Assembly (NCBI GenBank): GCA_045837725.1
Contig: JBEWZL010000056.1
Location: forward strand, 1-64,000
Reading direction: 5' to 3'
From: Vermamoeba vermiformis
Lineage: Eukaryota
Length of the DNA stretch: 64,000 nucleotides
The notes beneath the pieces were generated by a model. That model was not told the DNA's origin. It made no database searches and saw only the letters and a program-made list of their open reading frames with translations. Made by a program: the position numbers and the translations under genes. The stretch's first letter is position 1; every line of letters starts with the position of its first letter. Of this stretch, positions 10,651 through 23,066 are shown one piece after another.

Positions 10651-13047
10651 TAAAAATCCGATTTGTTGTTTCTAAATCAGGAAACACTCTCGTCAAGTAC
10701 GAGAATGGCAAATTTGTGAAAATTAATTTCTTTTCAATGCAGCAAATTTCATAAAACTTTAGGATACGAAATTTCCATTTGCGAAAGAATTCGCGTCGAG
10801 CTGGAGAGGCGCCTGAATGACCCGTATCTTTCCCCTCGAAGTCGTCCGTCATTGCCGCAGCGAGCTTTGTAGCATTGAGATTGCCCAGTATTTTGAAAAG
10901 CTTGTCGTTGACTTCAATTTCAACCAGTCGGAGACCCAAGCCTAGCTTCTCCTGCACGATTGAAGCGCGAAAGTTGTTGCACAAAGTGCTGACGATTCCG
11001 CCAATGTGGAATAACTTGAGCTTCGTGATTATGTGAAGTTCCAATTGCGCTTGGCAGAAAACAGATAAGCCGTCCAAGCCATCTGCCAAGCTTTGTACCA
11101 ATGTGCCCTCGTCGACGAAAGCAAGGCTATGATCTGCGTTGAAGAACTTCAGGGCAGCAGAATCAGATCCTTCTTTGACACCCGGGATTTCAAGCTCCAT
11201 TGAATTGTTTACCAACTCGAATGAAGCAGCGGAGAACTCACAGTTACGAATTCCTGCGAGAATTTGGCTGGATGCTCCTGCAATAATGTTAGAATGGAGC
11301 TCTGACAAACAGAATTTTGGGTTGCGCATACCTGATTCGTGCATTATCAAAGTATCTCCAGTTGGCTTGGGCTTTAACTTGATATCAACCTTGACTCCAT
11401 CTCGTAGAGCGTATTGCTTGTTCTCAAAGGTCAGAGCGACGATTTTGACCCGATCACTGCGCGCATCCACATCAACACCAATGCCATGCACATGCAATCT
11501 CTCAAGATGCTCGCGCAAGGCAATGATGTATCGGTGGGTTCGCCTGGCAACGGAGTCGGGAGACATGTCGTGCTTGTCAAGAAATTTTTCTCGTCTTTCC
11601 AATTTTAGCAATTGTTCTAAATTTAGAAGTTAGACCGAAGAATGCAAAATTGTAACAAAATTGATGTTCCTTACCATCCATCCTTGACTTTCTTCCTGTC
11701 TTTCTTTTCTTGTGTTTTTTTTGTTTTTTCTTTGCCTTAGATCGAGTAGATTTTTTGGGGGTGTGTTCCGAACTTGAAGTTGGCGATTTCTCAATAACGA
11801 TGTCGGCTTTTCGATTCTTTTTGGGGGTGTGTTCGCTTTCTGTAAGAGTGTATTAATAAATTTTAAGCCTACTGGTTGAATTACTTACGGTTTTGGCTCT
11901 CATCTTCGTTTTCTTTACTTTCTGCACCGTCATTATGCCCTGATACACCTAATATATTAATATTAGCTCAGTGGATATTCGAATAAATGTACACAACTTA
12001 CGATCATCACTATGGGCAGATTTTGGGTCAGATTTTTCTTGATCTGAGTTTGGTTCGCGACGATGATCACCATTGCTGTTGCAATCGTCGATACCATCGC
12101 CAATGACGCTGTTCTCTTCCTCTTCGCCTTCTTCGTCCTCTTCGTCTTCGCTGTCGTCTTCTTCTTCTTCCTCCTCTTCTTGGAGGTCGTAGTCATTGTC
12201 ATCGGGAATAGGGACATCATCGGGGTCGAGGAACCTCATATCGTCAGAATCTGGCTCTTCATCCGGCTCGTGTAGATCAATCCAGTCTTGTAGCATGCCC
12301 TTGACGGACATTAAGGTTTCTTTCTCGCCCACAACCTCTTTTTCTCCGATTAGGCCGTCGGGCTCTGATGCATTCTTCTTTTGTGGGTCACTGACATCGT
12401 CGCACTCGTTGTCAGAGGCCTCACCGCTGCTAAGATCTAAAAAAAAAAATCACATCAGATATCGAAGCAAAATTTTGCTTAGGAAATTTTTAAGTACCTT
12501 TTATTTCATGTGTAGCTGCTCGCTTCGGCACGATTCTGGCTTTTTTAACTGTCTGTACGCAAGTTAGAATTTGGCGGGATGTAGTCTGCGTCGCTTACCT
12601 CACTGGCTGTGTTCGGTTCAGTAGAAACCGAAGTACCTTGAGCACCTTCTTGGCCTGAAGAGTTGGTTTCGGAATTATTCGGCGCGGATGATGTAGGTGC
12701 CTTCTTAGCGGAGGACTTAGGCTTCTTAGGCGAGGGCTTCTTGGGCGACGACTTCTTGGGCGAAGACTTCTTGGGCGAGGGCTTCTTAGGCGAGGGCTTC
12801 TTGGGCGAGGACTTCTTAGGCGAAGACTTCTTGGGCGAGGGCTTCTTAGGCGAAGGATTCTTAGGCGAGGACTTCTTAGGCGAAGACTTCTTGGGCGAGG
12901 GCTTCTTCGGTTCAAGTGTGGAACGCGTTGTGGCACGGGTGACTCGAGTCTTCGAATACAGGTCATTCATTACGGCAGCCATACAATCCAGGCTCGACTA
13001 TTCGCAAAATTAGTGCGATAAGTTTGCTCGGTAATGAGACTTACCAT
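10604..13047 (-). CDS. Orphan protein with 12 (P/S)SPKK-type repeats (histone H1-tail-like), acidic tract and ~330 aa globular exon; may be the N-terminal part of the 6422-10650 gene
   Basis: ATG|GTAAGT at 13047; ORFs 12545-12982, 11949-12332 and 10604-11611 flanked by canonical splice sites. Confidence 0.65.
12715..12908 (-). repeat. 15-bp coding tandem repeat with 60-bp higher-order period (SPKK array)
   Basis: GGCTTCTTAGGCGAG / GACTTCTTGGGCGAG units; translation [20 protein letters not shown]... Confidence 0.95.
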
Positions 13048-13196
13048 TTTAGTTGGAGGTTTGGGTTGGTGTTGGTGGAGTTACGTTTCGTATCTGTAGT
13101 AGTAACGATTTAAATTAAAATTACGCTAGCTTTAAAAAGAGCGGGCTTACGCGCCATTGGTCAAAAAAAGCCATTTTTTCTATATTTTTGTATCTT

Positions 13197-15772
13197 TTAC
13201 AAAGCAAAATTAGCGAAGTTTTCTTCCAGGGCTCGCTCAACGCTCTCTTCATCTTGCGTGTCGATAACCGAATCCTTGCGTGGAATGTAGTCGCGTTGGC
13301 CTGGTGTAAGCTGGTCAGGGATCACGGCAGGGTAGAAGTACGGTCCGTAAGTTCTTTCTAACTCAGCCGCTGAGGTTATCAGTAAGAACATTCCGTTGAC
13401 TTGCGAGGCGACCTGTACTCTCCATTCGCGCGAAAACAATGCTGGAGGATAAATAATCTGCGGGATGAGAGCTCGAGGGTGGAATCGAAATCTAATTTTT
13501 GTTAGTTTGATGTAATTACGAATTGAAATACTTACGGGCGGTGTGACAATATGTGTTGCATGATGTTGATCGTGTTGGGCAAACTTCGACCACCAACGTA
13601 CAACTTGGGACCAACAACACTAAGATTGATGGAGCGCGGATCCACCTCTTCGTGCAACTCAAGAGGAGAGATGAAAATGTTGACCAGGCATAGATGCCGC
13701 AAAGGTAGTTGATCGAGGTCGCGTAAGTCGATGTAGACTCCGGGGCAGTGTGATTCGAGTTCCAAAAGGAGAAATTCAGGCGGGAAGTTGACACCCGTCA
13801 GACAAATCTCCCAAGATGTTTTCGTATCGTCCTCTTTTGGAATTGGCAACCGCAAACCCATCAGGTTTGGTGCCAAGACAAAGAGCATATTGAGAACTTC
13901 GGCAACTGACGCGCCCATCGCTTGGAAAAGTGGCAGTACCCGTGCGTCGCTTGCCAAATGAAGAAATCGCAAGTTATGCCACTTGAAGGAGGGAAATGCG
14001 TAGACTGCCAGTGGCTGTACTATGCCCTTGATCGTCAAAGCGCGAAGAGAAGGGTAAAGTACAGGACATAGCTTTGCAACGAGTTCCGGATCCACGTCCT
14101 CGAAGCAAAGAACCCGTAAACGTTGAATGCTAGTGGTAACTATTAGTTATTATCATTGAATATTTGAATATAGTACTTACAACTGCACAGCATGTTTAGT
14201 CATGGACAAGCCCGTCGGGGCCAACTTCACGCGGACAAAGGAGAACTCTCGGCAAGCAAGTTGGTCGACAAGGTTGATTGTACCAAGCTCGGAGAGACTA
14301 ATAATACAATCCTCAGCTTGTAAACGACAAAATCGATCGCCTTGAGCATCCTGAAATAGGAGAGGTTTGCCTACTAAGCAAAGGCCGTGCACTAACGAAA
14401 ATTGGACTCGCGGGGTGACTGAACTTGGCGTTAGTAGGTTCAGTAATGAACTAAGCCTTACCTTTGAGCTGTATTGCGTGGGGAAGCGGTGGTTTAGCAG
14501 GGTTCGTGACGGTAGCAATCGTGTCTGTGAGTTGGATCGGCGAAGTGAGTTGGATGGGTGAAGCAGGATTGCTCGGGGAAGTCTGTTGAAGAATGGTCAG
14601 CCAAGGTCAAAGCCAGTGTGGAATACGTACCGGTATTTCGTCATTAAAAAATCCTGGACTTTGAATCGGCGATGCTGGTAAGGCGAACAAATCGAGCTCG
14701 ATCGCAGAATGACTGGATTCGTTGTCTGCGCTTGAGCCATCGCCGCCAACTTCTGTAGTTGCTTTCTCGGTTCGTCGCCGCTTAGTATCGGGCTGCGGCA
14801 GGTTTTCTCCACTTCTCTTATTTTTGTTGTGCACAGGATGTCGTGCTAAGAAGGAGGGAAGATGAAAGCACTCGTAGCCAACTCCGTTACAGCCAGGGAT
14901 GAAATCGATTTCCAGGTGTTTGTTCTGCTCGGGGACAGTCGCAGTTCCTATTGTTAACCGTAAGAAACTATTAGGCGAACAACGTTTGGATTTACCTTGG
15001 ATTGGCTCGACTGGGACTCGCACTATCGGTGTTTCCGCAGAGATGCATTGGGAGAAGAAAGGTACGTCGTATTGGCACTCGGCACAGCCAATTTCTTTGA
15101 GGAGCTCGTTTAAACTCTCCTGCGAAATCCAGTACTTTGGGTTGTACCGCATCGCGCACCAAAGTTTGGCACACTCTTCGTGAATACTTGACGTTGCGAT
15201 GTTGTTGACAATGCTCTTCGTGACGTTTGGCAGGCAAATGTTTTGTTGCGCAGACGCTAGGAGCTTCGGGAATCGCTGCATTAGCTCCATGAAGCCTTGC
15301 CACACCGGATTTGCTCCAACGACGGTACCAAGACCTTCGGCGACCAATTGGCGGTAGGATTTGAGCCACTTTGGATAAACCATGGTAGCTTCAGGGGTTG
15401 GGGGAAGCATACCGTGGAAGTCGAATACCACGTAGAAAAAAACGAAATCCGCTCGGTGACAAAACGGTGCATAGTACGGCAAGGACTTGAAGAGCTTCTG
15501 AACGTATTCGTTGACCGTTCTACTGGGCGTGGATCGATTACGAGCAAGAACCAAGAATTCTACGTAAGTTCTTATGTCCTCGATCACATTCGGGCTGAGT
15601 TGTTTCTTTTTCTCCTTGTAAAGCAAAAATTAGTACGGCGATAAATATACGATATATTCAATTTTTACAATATTATAAAGGCCAAGATTCGCTTGAGAAA
15701 GGGCGCTAAAGTGCAAAAATATTTTACCTTCTTTTTGATCGAATCCTCCGCCTTTCGGGAATTTCGATCCAT
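13197..15772 (-). CDS. Multi-exon orphan protein; C-terminal half leucine-rich-repeat (RNI-like)
   Basis: ATG 15772 (MDRNSRKAEDSIKKK), introns e.g. GTACGT..CTGAC..CAG at ~14630-14583; LRR-like segments LRVLCF, PSLRALTI, HNLRFLHL, PNLMGLRL, LRHLCL. Confidence 0.6.
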
Positions 15773-16477
15773 TATTAATGAGAACGAACGTAAAAAATAG
15801 GGGAAATATTATGGAGCGCGTTGAAGCCTCTTTTGGAGACCAACACGCCTATAAGAAGATCGACGCCGATTTTTGATCGGCGATCTAAAGCGTAATAGCG
15901 AGACTCGGTTGGACTCTCGCTATTACTAATATACGAACGTGCCAGTTGTGGTGACACGTTGATGCGGACTTGAATCAATACAGCAAATTGAAAACCGGAA
16001 AATTGACAAGCACGTGATCGTCACGTGACTCCCAAAAATAGCAATTGTCTTCACGGCGAAGGATTTTAACGTCGTTTTAAAAGGTAAGACCACATGCGTC
16101 AGTTTTAGCTTCCGTTTTATTAATATCGGTTAGTTTTAGGCAATTTCAAATCCGAAATAAGAGTTCGTTCGACGCTGCCGGCCTTTGTTAAAACGCGTGT
16201 AACACATAAGTAAAAATTAATTTCTTTTAATTTCTAAATTATTTATTTGTAATTTATTTTGTTGACGATCTGTCAAAAAATCCTTTTGATTCGCGGATCG
16301 AAAATTGACGGGCTATATTTTTATGTATAATAGTGAGACCCTCCAGTTTGTATTGGCAGTCTTGTTATTTTTACCTTTTTTTATTTAGTTAACGGATTCG
16401 TCTTCGCGCGCGGAGTGGACCTCAACGATTTCAGTTTTAACCATCTCCGTGCTGACATGACCAAGAGAAATGTTTGT

Positions 16478-16912
16478 ACGCGGAGACGACCAGCGAGACA
16501 TTCTTATTTTGTAGATCGTCTCCACGTGGAGACGACCTGTGAGACTTTATTTTTTTTTAGGATCGTCTCCACGCGGAGACGACCTGTAGGACATCGTAGT
16601 TTTTTTAGGATCGTCTCCACGCGGAGACAACCTGCGAGACTTTGTTTTTTTAGGATCGTCTCCACGTGGAGACGACCTGCGAGACTTCGTAGTTTTTTAG
16701 GATTGTCTCCGCGTGGAGACGACCTGCGAGACTTTGTTTTTTTAGGATCGTCTCCGCGTGGAGACGACCTGTAGGACTTTGTTTTTTAGGATCGTCTCCG
16801 CGTGGAGACGACCTGTAGGACTTTGTTTTTTTAGGATCGTCTCCACGTGGAGACGACCTGCGAGACTTTGCTTTTTTATGAGATCGTCTCCACGTGGAGA
16901 CGACCTGCAGGA
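16478..16912. repeat. Tandem array: 9 full + 1 partial ~44-48 bp units, each an 18-bp palindrome CGTCTCC(A/G)CG(T/C)GGAGACG plus a T-tract
   Basis: Units start at ~16514, 16561, 16609, 16654, 16701, 16746, 16790, 16835, 16882. Confidence 0.95.
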
Positions 16913-17257
16913 CTTAGTGTTTTTGAGCATGTCATTCGGGGCGAGACTTCTTTTTTTCCCGTGGATAATTTTCCAAAGTAAAATTTTGCTTAAGTAAAAA
17001 ATGATCGGGGTCAGAAAATTCTTTATTTTTTTGAGGGGGTGTCAGGGCTAGCCCTATATGGGCAAGCCCACTTACATATATGAATAATTGATACTGTGCG
17101 TTTGCAATACAAATATCAAAGATGATAACAACGATTGCTGGTTTTGCTTGGATTTTTTGACTGGCAAATGGTTTTGCCTACCAAAAATTCACTAGCACAT
17201 GTACCTAACTCGTCATCAAGCTCCTTGTTGATTCTTTGCACTAATCTGTAATGGGAC

Positions 17258-17600
17258 TGGATTCGATCGTGCACTAGTGCTGCAGCAGGCAGGCCTCTAT
17301 GGCCGGCCATAAAGAGAAAATAAAAAAATTGCCCACAACTGGATTCGAACCTGCTCCAGTGCTGCAGCAACTCTATGGCCGGCCATAGAGGGAAAATAAA
17401 AAAAAATTTGCCTGCAGCTGGATTCGAACCTGCGCCTTTGAGGCAAATAGCAGAACTCTATGGCCGGCCATAAAGGGAAAATAAAAAAAACTGCCTGCAC
17501 CCGGATTCGAACCTGCTCTGGTGCTTCGGCAACACTATGGCCGGCCATAAAGGTAAAATAAAAAAAGTACCCACACGCACGGGGAATTGAACCTCACTGG
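17258..17600 (-). repeat. Array 1 of tRNA-derived B-box/palindrome units (~4 units)
   Basis: Plus strand TATGGCCGGCCATA + A-tract + TGCC..CTGGATTCGAACCTG, i.e. the Pol III B box GGTTCGAATCC followed by a T-run on the minus strand. Confidence 0.9.
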
Positions 17601-17682
17601 ACCCTTGCAACGGATTTCAATAAGCTAAAGCAAATAAATTTTATATACTAGGCTGCAAACAAAAAAAGAGAACAACATCATA

Positions 17683-20600
17683 CTATTTGCCAGAGTCCAC
17701 TCTTCTCTTCTTCGGAGAATTCTGAGATCCTTCTTCCTCGTCGCCACCTTTTTTGCGCTTCTTGCTGTTGCTTGTTGAACCTTCCTCTTGGTTGTCTTCA
17801 CCACTTTTGGCATCCTCTGAAGATTCATCATCCGAAATGACGTGCTTTGCCTTTGGATCGCTCTTCTTTGCTTTCTCCTTTCCTCCACTTGTTTGACTGC
17901 CTTGGGTTCCTTTGATAGAGTCACTCTCCATTTCTTCATCACTTCCTTCCTTCTCACGAGCCGAATAGTCTTCGACAACAACCTCTTTGTCTGAATCCTC
18001 ACTTGCTGCACTGATTTCTTCAACAGAAGCTTGATTAGCTGCATCAGAAGGTTCATATTCTTGCTCCCCAGGAAATTTGATCTTGAAGCGTGTGTATAAA
18101 GTAGATGGTTTGTGATCAACAAACTGAAGGTCAGGAAGTGCAAAGACTTCGGATTCCTTTGTCTGGGCCAATCTTTCCTTTACTCTTTGCAAGCACTTAA
18201 ATGCATTAGTTTCATGCAGTTCATTTTCGAATTTGACTGCTGCAGAGAGTCTGGTGTGCGTGCTGCAAGAAAAATTAGGTGAACAGTTCTGAATTTTATA
18301 GCGTGCAAACTTACTTGATAATTGCATGAATAACATGCAAGGGGTTAACCCCCTTTAGAACACTCATTGCGTATCCATCATTTGAGGTTGAACTGACAAA
18401 AGTGCAGTAGAAGCACTTGATTGTGTCCAACGAGGAGCCAAAGCATGCTAGCATGATAAGACCGTGGCAGGTAGTGCACTCTGTGCAAGCCTCAAACTCT
18501 CCAAAATGTTCTGGGATTTCTTTGACCATAAATCTCTGGAAGCCAGGCAGAAGGATTTCTTTGATATTTTTTGAAACAGATTCCACGCTTCCAAATGAGT
18601 AGGTCCTTGTTTTAAGAAGGAACCAAAGAGAATCTTGATACGAGACTTGCCCTGCAACCCAAACAGCATAGAGAGTATGCCATTCAGCAAAGAGATATTC
18701 AATCAACATGCCACTCTTTGCAGTTTCCTCTACGGCAGATTTTGTGTCAAGCAGATGGTCAGGAATTACCCAGTAGCGGTAAGCGTAGTTAAAGGGAACA
18801 TAGAGGCTCTGTCCTGGTAGTTGCCGCACATAGATGAAAGGGTTAGCTTTTGCCTCTTCTTCATCGCTCGATAAATCCCCTGGTTAATGTTTAGTTTGGG
18901 TTCAAGGAATAGCGGGCTACATACATTTGGGAATTCTAAAAGTGAATTTCTTCTTGGAAAAACACGGGCTTAACACCCAATAAACAGATCCGCGGAAGTT
19001 GCTTCGCAAGTAAAAGAAGCGCTGACAAAGCTAAACAAAAATTAGATACGCTTGCAATGTGCAAATTACTTACTGAGTAAGGAATGTGCCAATCACTGTA
19101 GTAGTAGGCTGTTATTGCATAGCCACCAACGCAGTGTGCCCCAAATACTTCGTGCAAGCAATTTCTTTCAATTGAAATATCCTTGGGCATTGGAGCCCAG
19201 TAGTTTGCAGCATCAACGTTGGGGTTGAAGACCAATGGATTAAGGTGAACAGGATGCCGAACTGATATTGGTATTAATATCTGTGTATCTATTTCTTGAT
19301 CATCATTTTGTGTACTTACTTGAAGCCAATCCGAGACCACGTCGCACAATACTCTTTGCCAAAAGCTTCTTCTTTTTTTTCTCATTCCAGGTGAGATTTG
19401 GCGAAAGCACCATGACCATTTTATCTGCAGCCTTAAAAATCATGCTGCAGAAAGGTAAGAAAAAGCTTATGTAACCCTGTGCGAAATACTTACGAATGCT
19501 CGTGTTGGATCTGGTGCATTTGACTGCAAACTTCATTTGGTGGCTGAAACAAAGCAGGTTTTTTCACCTCATCAGCATTAGCTTGAAGCACTTTTGTTTC
19601 CCAAGTAAACTTCCATTGGGCAATTGCTTCTATTAGGCAACTATGCTCCAAAAACTTTTTCACTGGTCGTGCTGTCTTGTGGACTCTTGCGCTAAAGTCT
19701 TCACCAACATGATGAATAGTCAGAGGATACTTAAGCAACTCCACCATATCTGTGAGAGTTGAGATGCCAAAGAGCACTGTATTCTCGAACTCTTTTTCCT
19801 CGTCAAATTTGCTCACTAATTCAAAATACTTATTAAAAATTCAATCAAACATTGAGAGACCTACCAGCAGCCCTAATTGCCAACACCAACGAAATATTGT
19901 GCTGCTTGCCTTCCTGCAGGTGATGTATTGTTGCAGCCCAATGCACTGCTTCCAGCAGGAGATGCAACTCTTCTGGTTCATTTGGAGCAACCAACTTCTG
20001 AATGTTCCGAAAGCCAACACAGTAATAATCATCAATTATCATTGCAGAGTACAGTTGACGAATCTTCGCATTGTATGCAGCTTTGGGAGGAAGGATGGCT
20101 TAAATTTACTGATTAGCAAATGCTTTTAAAATAAAAAGACCTATTCTTACCAATGACTGGGCATTTGTTGGAGTCATTGTAAACCAATTTGAAGTTCGAT
20201 GGCGAAAGTTCATGAGAGTTGACAGTGATGATAACTCCACTACCCTTTTCCACCACTTTAACAGCCTCTTTGGCATTTGACAGTGAGTAGTTGGTGTAGC
20301 GCTCAACTACCCATTTCTTCACTGTTTCTTCCCAATTTGGCAACTGACTGAGGACTGCATTAAACTCTGCCTCATAGCAATAGTGCATGTCCTTCTGAAA
20401 CAGCTTCTCCTTCATGTGCACATCAAAAAACTTGGCGCATTCTTGCTTCAATGCTGTATCCCATTGGGAGATGGGCAGTTTCAATACCTTTGCACAGGCC
20501 TCGCCAAGCAGCATTGCACCACGCCAGATGATAATTTGATTCCTCCAATTTGGTTCTGGAGGCATGTCTGCAGAACTGAATTAAGAAATACTTTTGGAGA

Positions 20601-21907
20601 TGTTTCACATACCATGCATTTGCCCCTGCGATAGACGGACCTTTTTGTTAGTCCCAAGCACTTCTTTGCTCTTAGCCATCCCTGAAATTACCAGTTATTA
20701 GATAATTTTGTACAACTTTTCAGCATCCAAACAGTATACTTACACCACTGCTGGTATTTCACAGTGCTTTCAATCATTCCTTTTAGAAACATTAACTTGA
20801 CGTCGTTTGGAATTCCTTGAAGGGCAACTCCTAGCATGTTCTTCACTGTGAAGGGTTGCTTTTTACTATAGTAAAATATAACGGATTAACATGGATTCAT
20901 TTGATTAGTGGAATACTTACACATTTGAGAAGATTTTCGTCAGAGTGAAATGCGTCGTGAGGATGGAGGAAAGATCCTTGAAAGTTTCTCTAGGCAAATT
21001 TTTAAACAAAATAGTGCAATCCCCTGTTCACAAGCTGTGTTAGTGTTGCTCCTTGCATCAAAGTCAAAATTCTTACCAAGCTTGTGAACAGCAAGCAGTT
21101 GGGATGCCTCCTTGGAAAAAGCAGCCTTTTGTTCTTCTGAAGCTGTTTCATAAGTCACGTTGGCAGCTTTGGCTAGCAAGTCGCACATTTGATCAATCAA
21201 AATAACCTTGTCCATTAGGTTAAGCTCCAGAAAGTTCTCTGTGTCGTTTTTCTGCAAGTCCATGCCAACACGAAACAAATCCTGAATCAAAAGTTTAGAT
21301 CAAGCGGATCAAAACTATTTCTACTTACTGGTTCATCCTTGGGAACTAGCACTTTAACTTGAAATGCTTGCAGCAGCTCCCACAACATGAAGTAGTGCAC
21401 TACAACAGCACGGTGCTGCCCTAAAAGTTCAAAGGTTAATCAACATAAAACAAGGTTGTGATCGCATACCAATGCAAACAGCATAGCTGATTTCCCCTGT
21501 TTGCTTGTGCTGAACAGGCACAATTGTTGGTGCTCCTTGGCTAGTACTCCACGGAGTGCAGTTCACCATCAAATTTCGCACATGATCTAAGGACAGGGCA
21601 CGGATGTTGAGACTGCATCCAGAAAGTTAGTTAATACAAACAAATTGAATTAGCAACTTACGCTCGTCCTTTGACAATACTATCAGCAGCAAAGATTGGC
21701 TTTGACATTGTGACTGTTGTTGCACCGTTTTGCAAGTCCTCCTGACAAAATGCAACATTGAAGTGCGGCAACCTAAACAGATATTAATAATTAATTAAAG
21801 TTTTTCAATTTCACTTACTTGAAGCGATTAGGCCGGTTGCAACAAGGATTTGCACAGGGCTCTGTTGTTGGAGTAGTCAAAGTCGTCACCACAGAATAGT
21901 TCTCCAT
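17683..21907 (-). CDS. Multi-exon protein: ParB-like N-terminal domain, degenerate JmjC domain, Cys4 zinc finger, charged tail
   Basis: Spliced NIRALSLDHVRNL..PTIVPV..YAVCIGQHR (21612-21410); VFNPNVD..W..NCLHEVFGAH..SDWHIPYS|RFFYLRSNFRGSVYW..FIYVRQLPGQSLYVPFNYAY (19240-18780); CTTCHGLIMLAC..KCFYC (18480-18404). Central exons not fully resolved. Confidence 0.65.
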
Positions 21908-21976
21908 ATCCAGCTCAAAAGTCTGCAAAAAAAAAAAATGATTATCCGTGCATGGAATAAAATGACTATAGGTCGA

Positions 21977-22457
21977 GGCAGGACTCTATGGCCGGCCATA
22001 AAAGAAAAATTAAAAAAAAAAACTGCCCACACCTGGATTCGAACCTGCTCCAAGCACTGTAGCAGGCAGGACTCTATGGCCGGCCATAGAGGAAAAATAA
22101 AAAAAACTGCCTGGGAAAAAAACTGCCCGCACCTGGATTCGAACCTGCTCCAGTGCTTTGGAAGGTGGGCCTCTATGGCCGGCCATAAAGAAAATAAAAA
22201 AAATTGCCTGCAGCTGGATTCGAACCTGCGCCTTTGAGGCAAATAGCAGAACTCTATGGCCGGCCATAAAGAAAATAAAAAAAAACTGCCTGCACCTGGA
22301 TTCGAACCTGCTCCAAGAACTGCAGCAGCAGGACTCTATGGCCGGCCATAGAGGAAAAATAAAAAAAACTGCCCGCAGCTGGATTCGAACCACAATGACA
22401 GGTTCGAGTCCCACTGTGGCAATTGATTTTTTTTATTTTTGTTATGGCCGGCCATAA
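21977..22457 (-). repeat. Array 2 of B-box/palindrome units (5 units plus an inverted terminal half-unit)
   Basis: Palindromes at ~21988, 22075, 22174, 22255, 22338, 22443; B boxes at ~22035, 22135, 22216, 22298, 22381; opposite-strand B box at ~22401. Confidence 0.95.
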
Positions 22458-23066
22458 ATTTTGGTCTAAAAGTTGGTTCTCTGATCCGGACTTTTACGCA
22501 AGAAAGGCAAAAATTATAATTGATAGGCCATTTATCTTTATGATTAGATGTAAAATAAGTTAAAATTGCTGCATTTATTAAAAATAAATGTGCGTGATTT
22601 TTTCCGGACCAGATTTGATTTTAAAAAACCTTTTAATTTTATGCAGCAGGCAAAAATATGTTTAAAAAAATATTGCATAATATAATTAAGATATTTTAAT
22701 ATTATTTAAGCGCTTTGTTATAAAAATTACTTACATCCGTTGGTAAGTCCGGCAGCTTCTTTTGCACCAAAGTCTGTTGGTGTCGTGTTGCGGATTCTTC
22801 AGCCATGATGTGAGAGTTGTGGTTGCGAGGGTAAACAAGCTTAAAAAAAGAAAGAAATTTTTACCGTTACAAGTCGCGCAGATCAAAATTGAACAGCTGT
22901 AGAAACACAACAACACCTGCCTTTTACCCTAATTTTGGTAAGTAATATTAAATGTAAATGTTTTTTATTGATTGCTGGTGTCAGTTCACCAGCAGTTCGT
23001 TGTACATGCTTAAATCCGATCCAAAAACTAATTTTTATTTTCAAAATTCAGGACTGAGCCAAAAAT

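Noticed and set aside
20010-20050. SAMIIDDYY as a degenerate DPPY adenine-methyltransferase motif downstream of the ParB-like domain
   Set aside because: Prolines are missing and no SAM-binding motif was identified; too weak without a profile search
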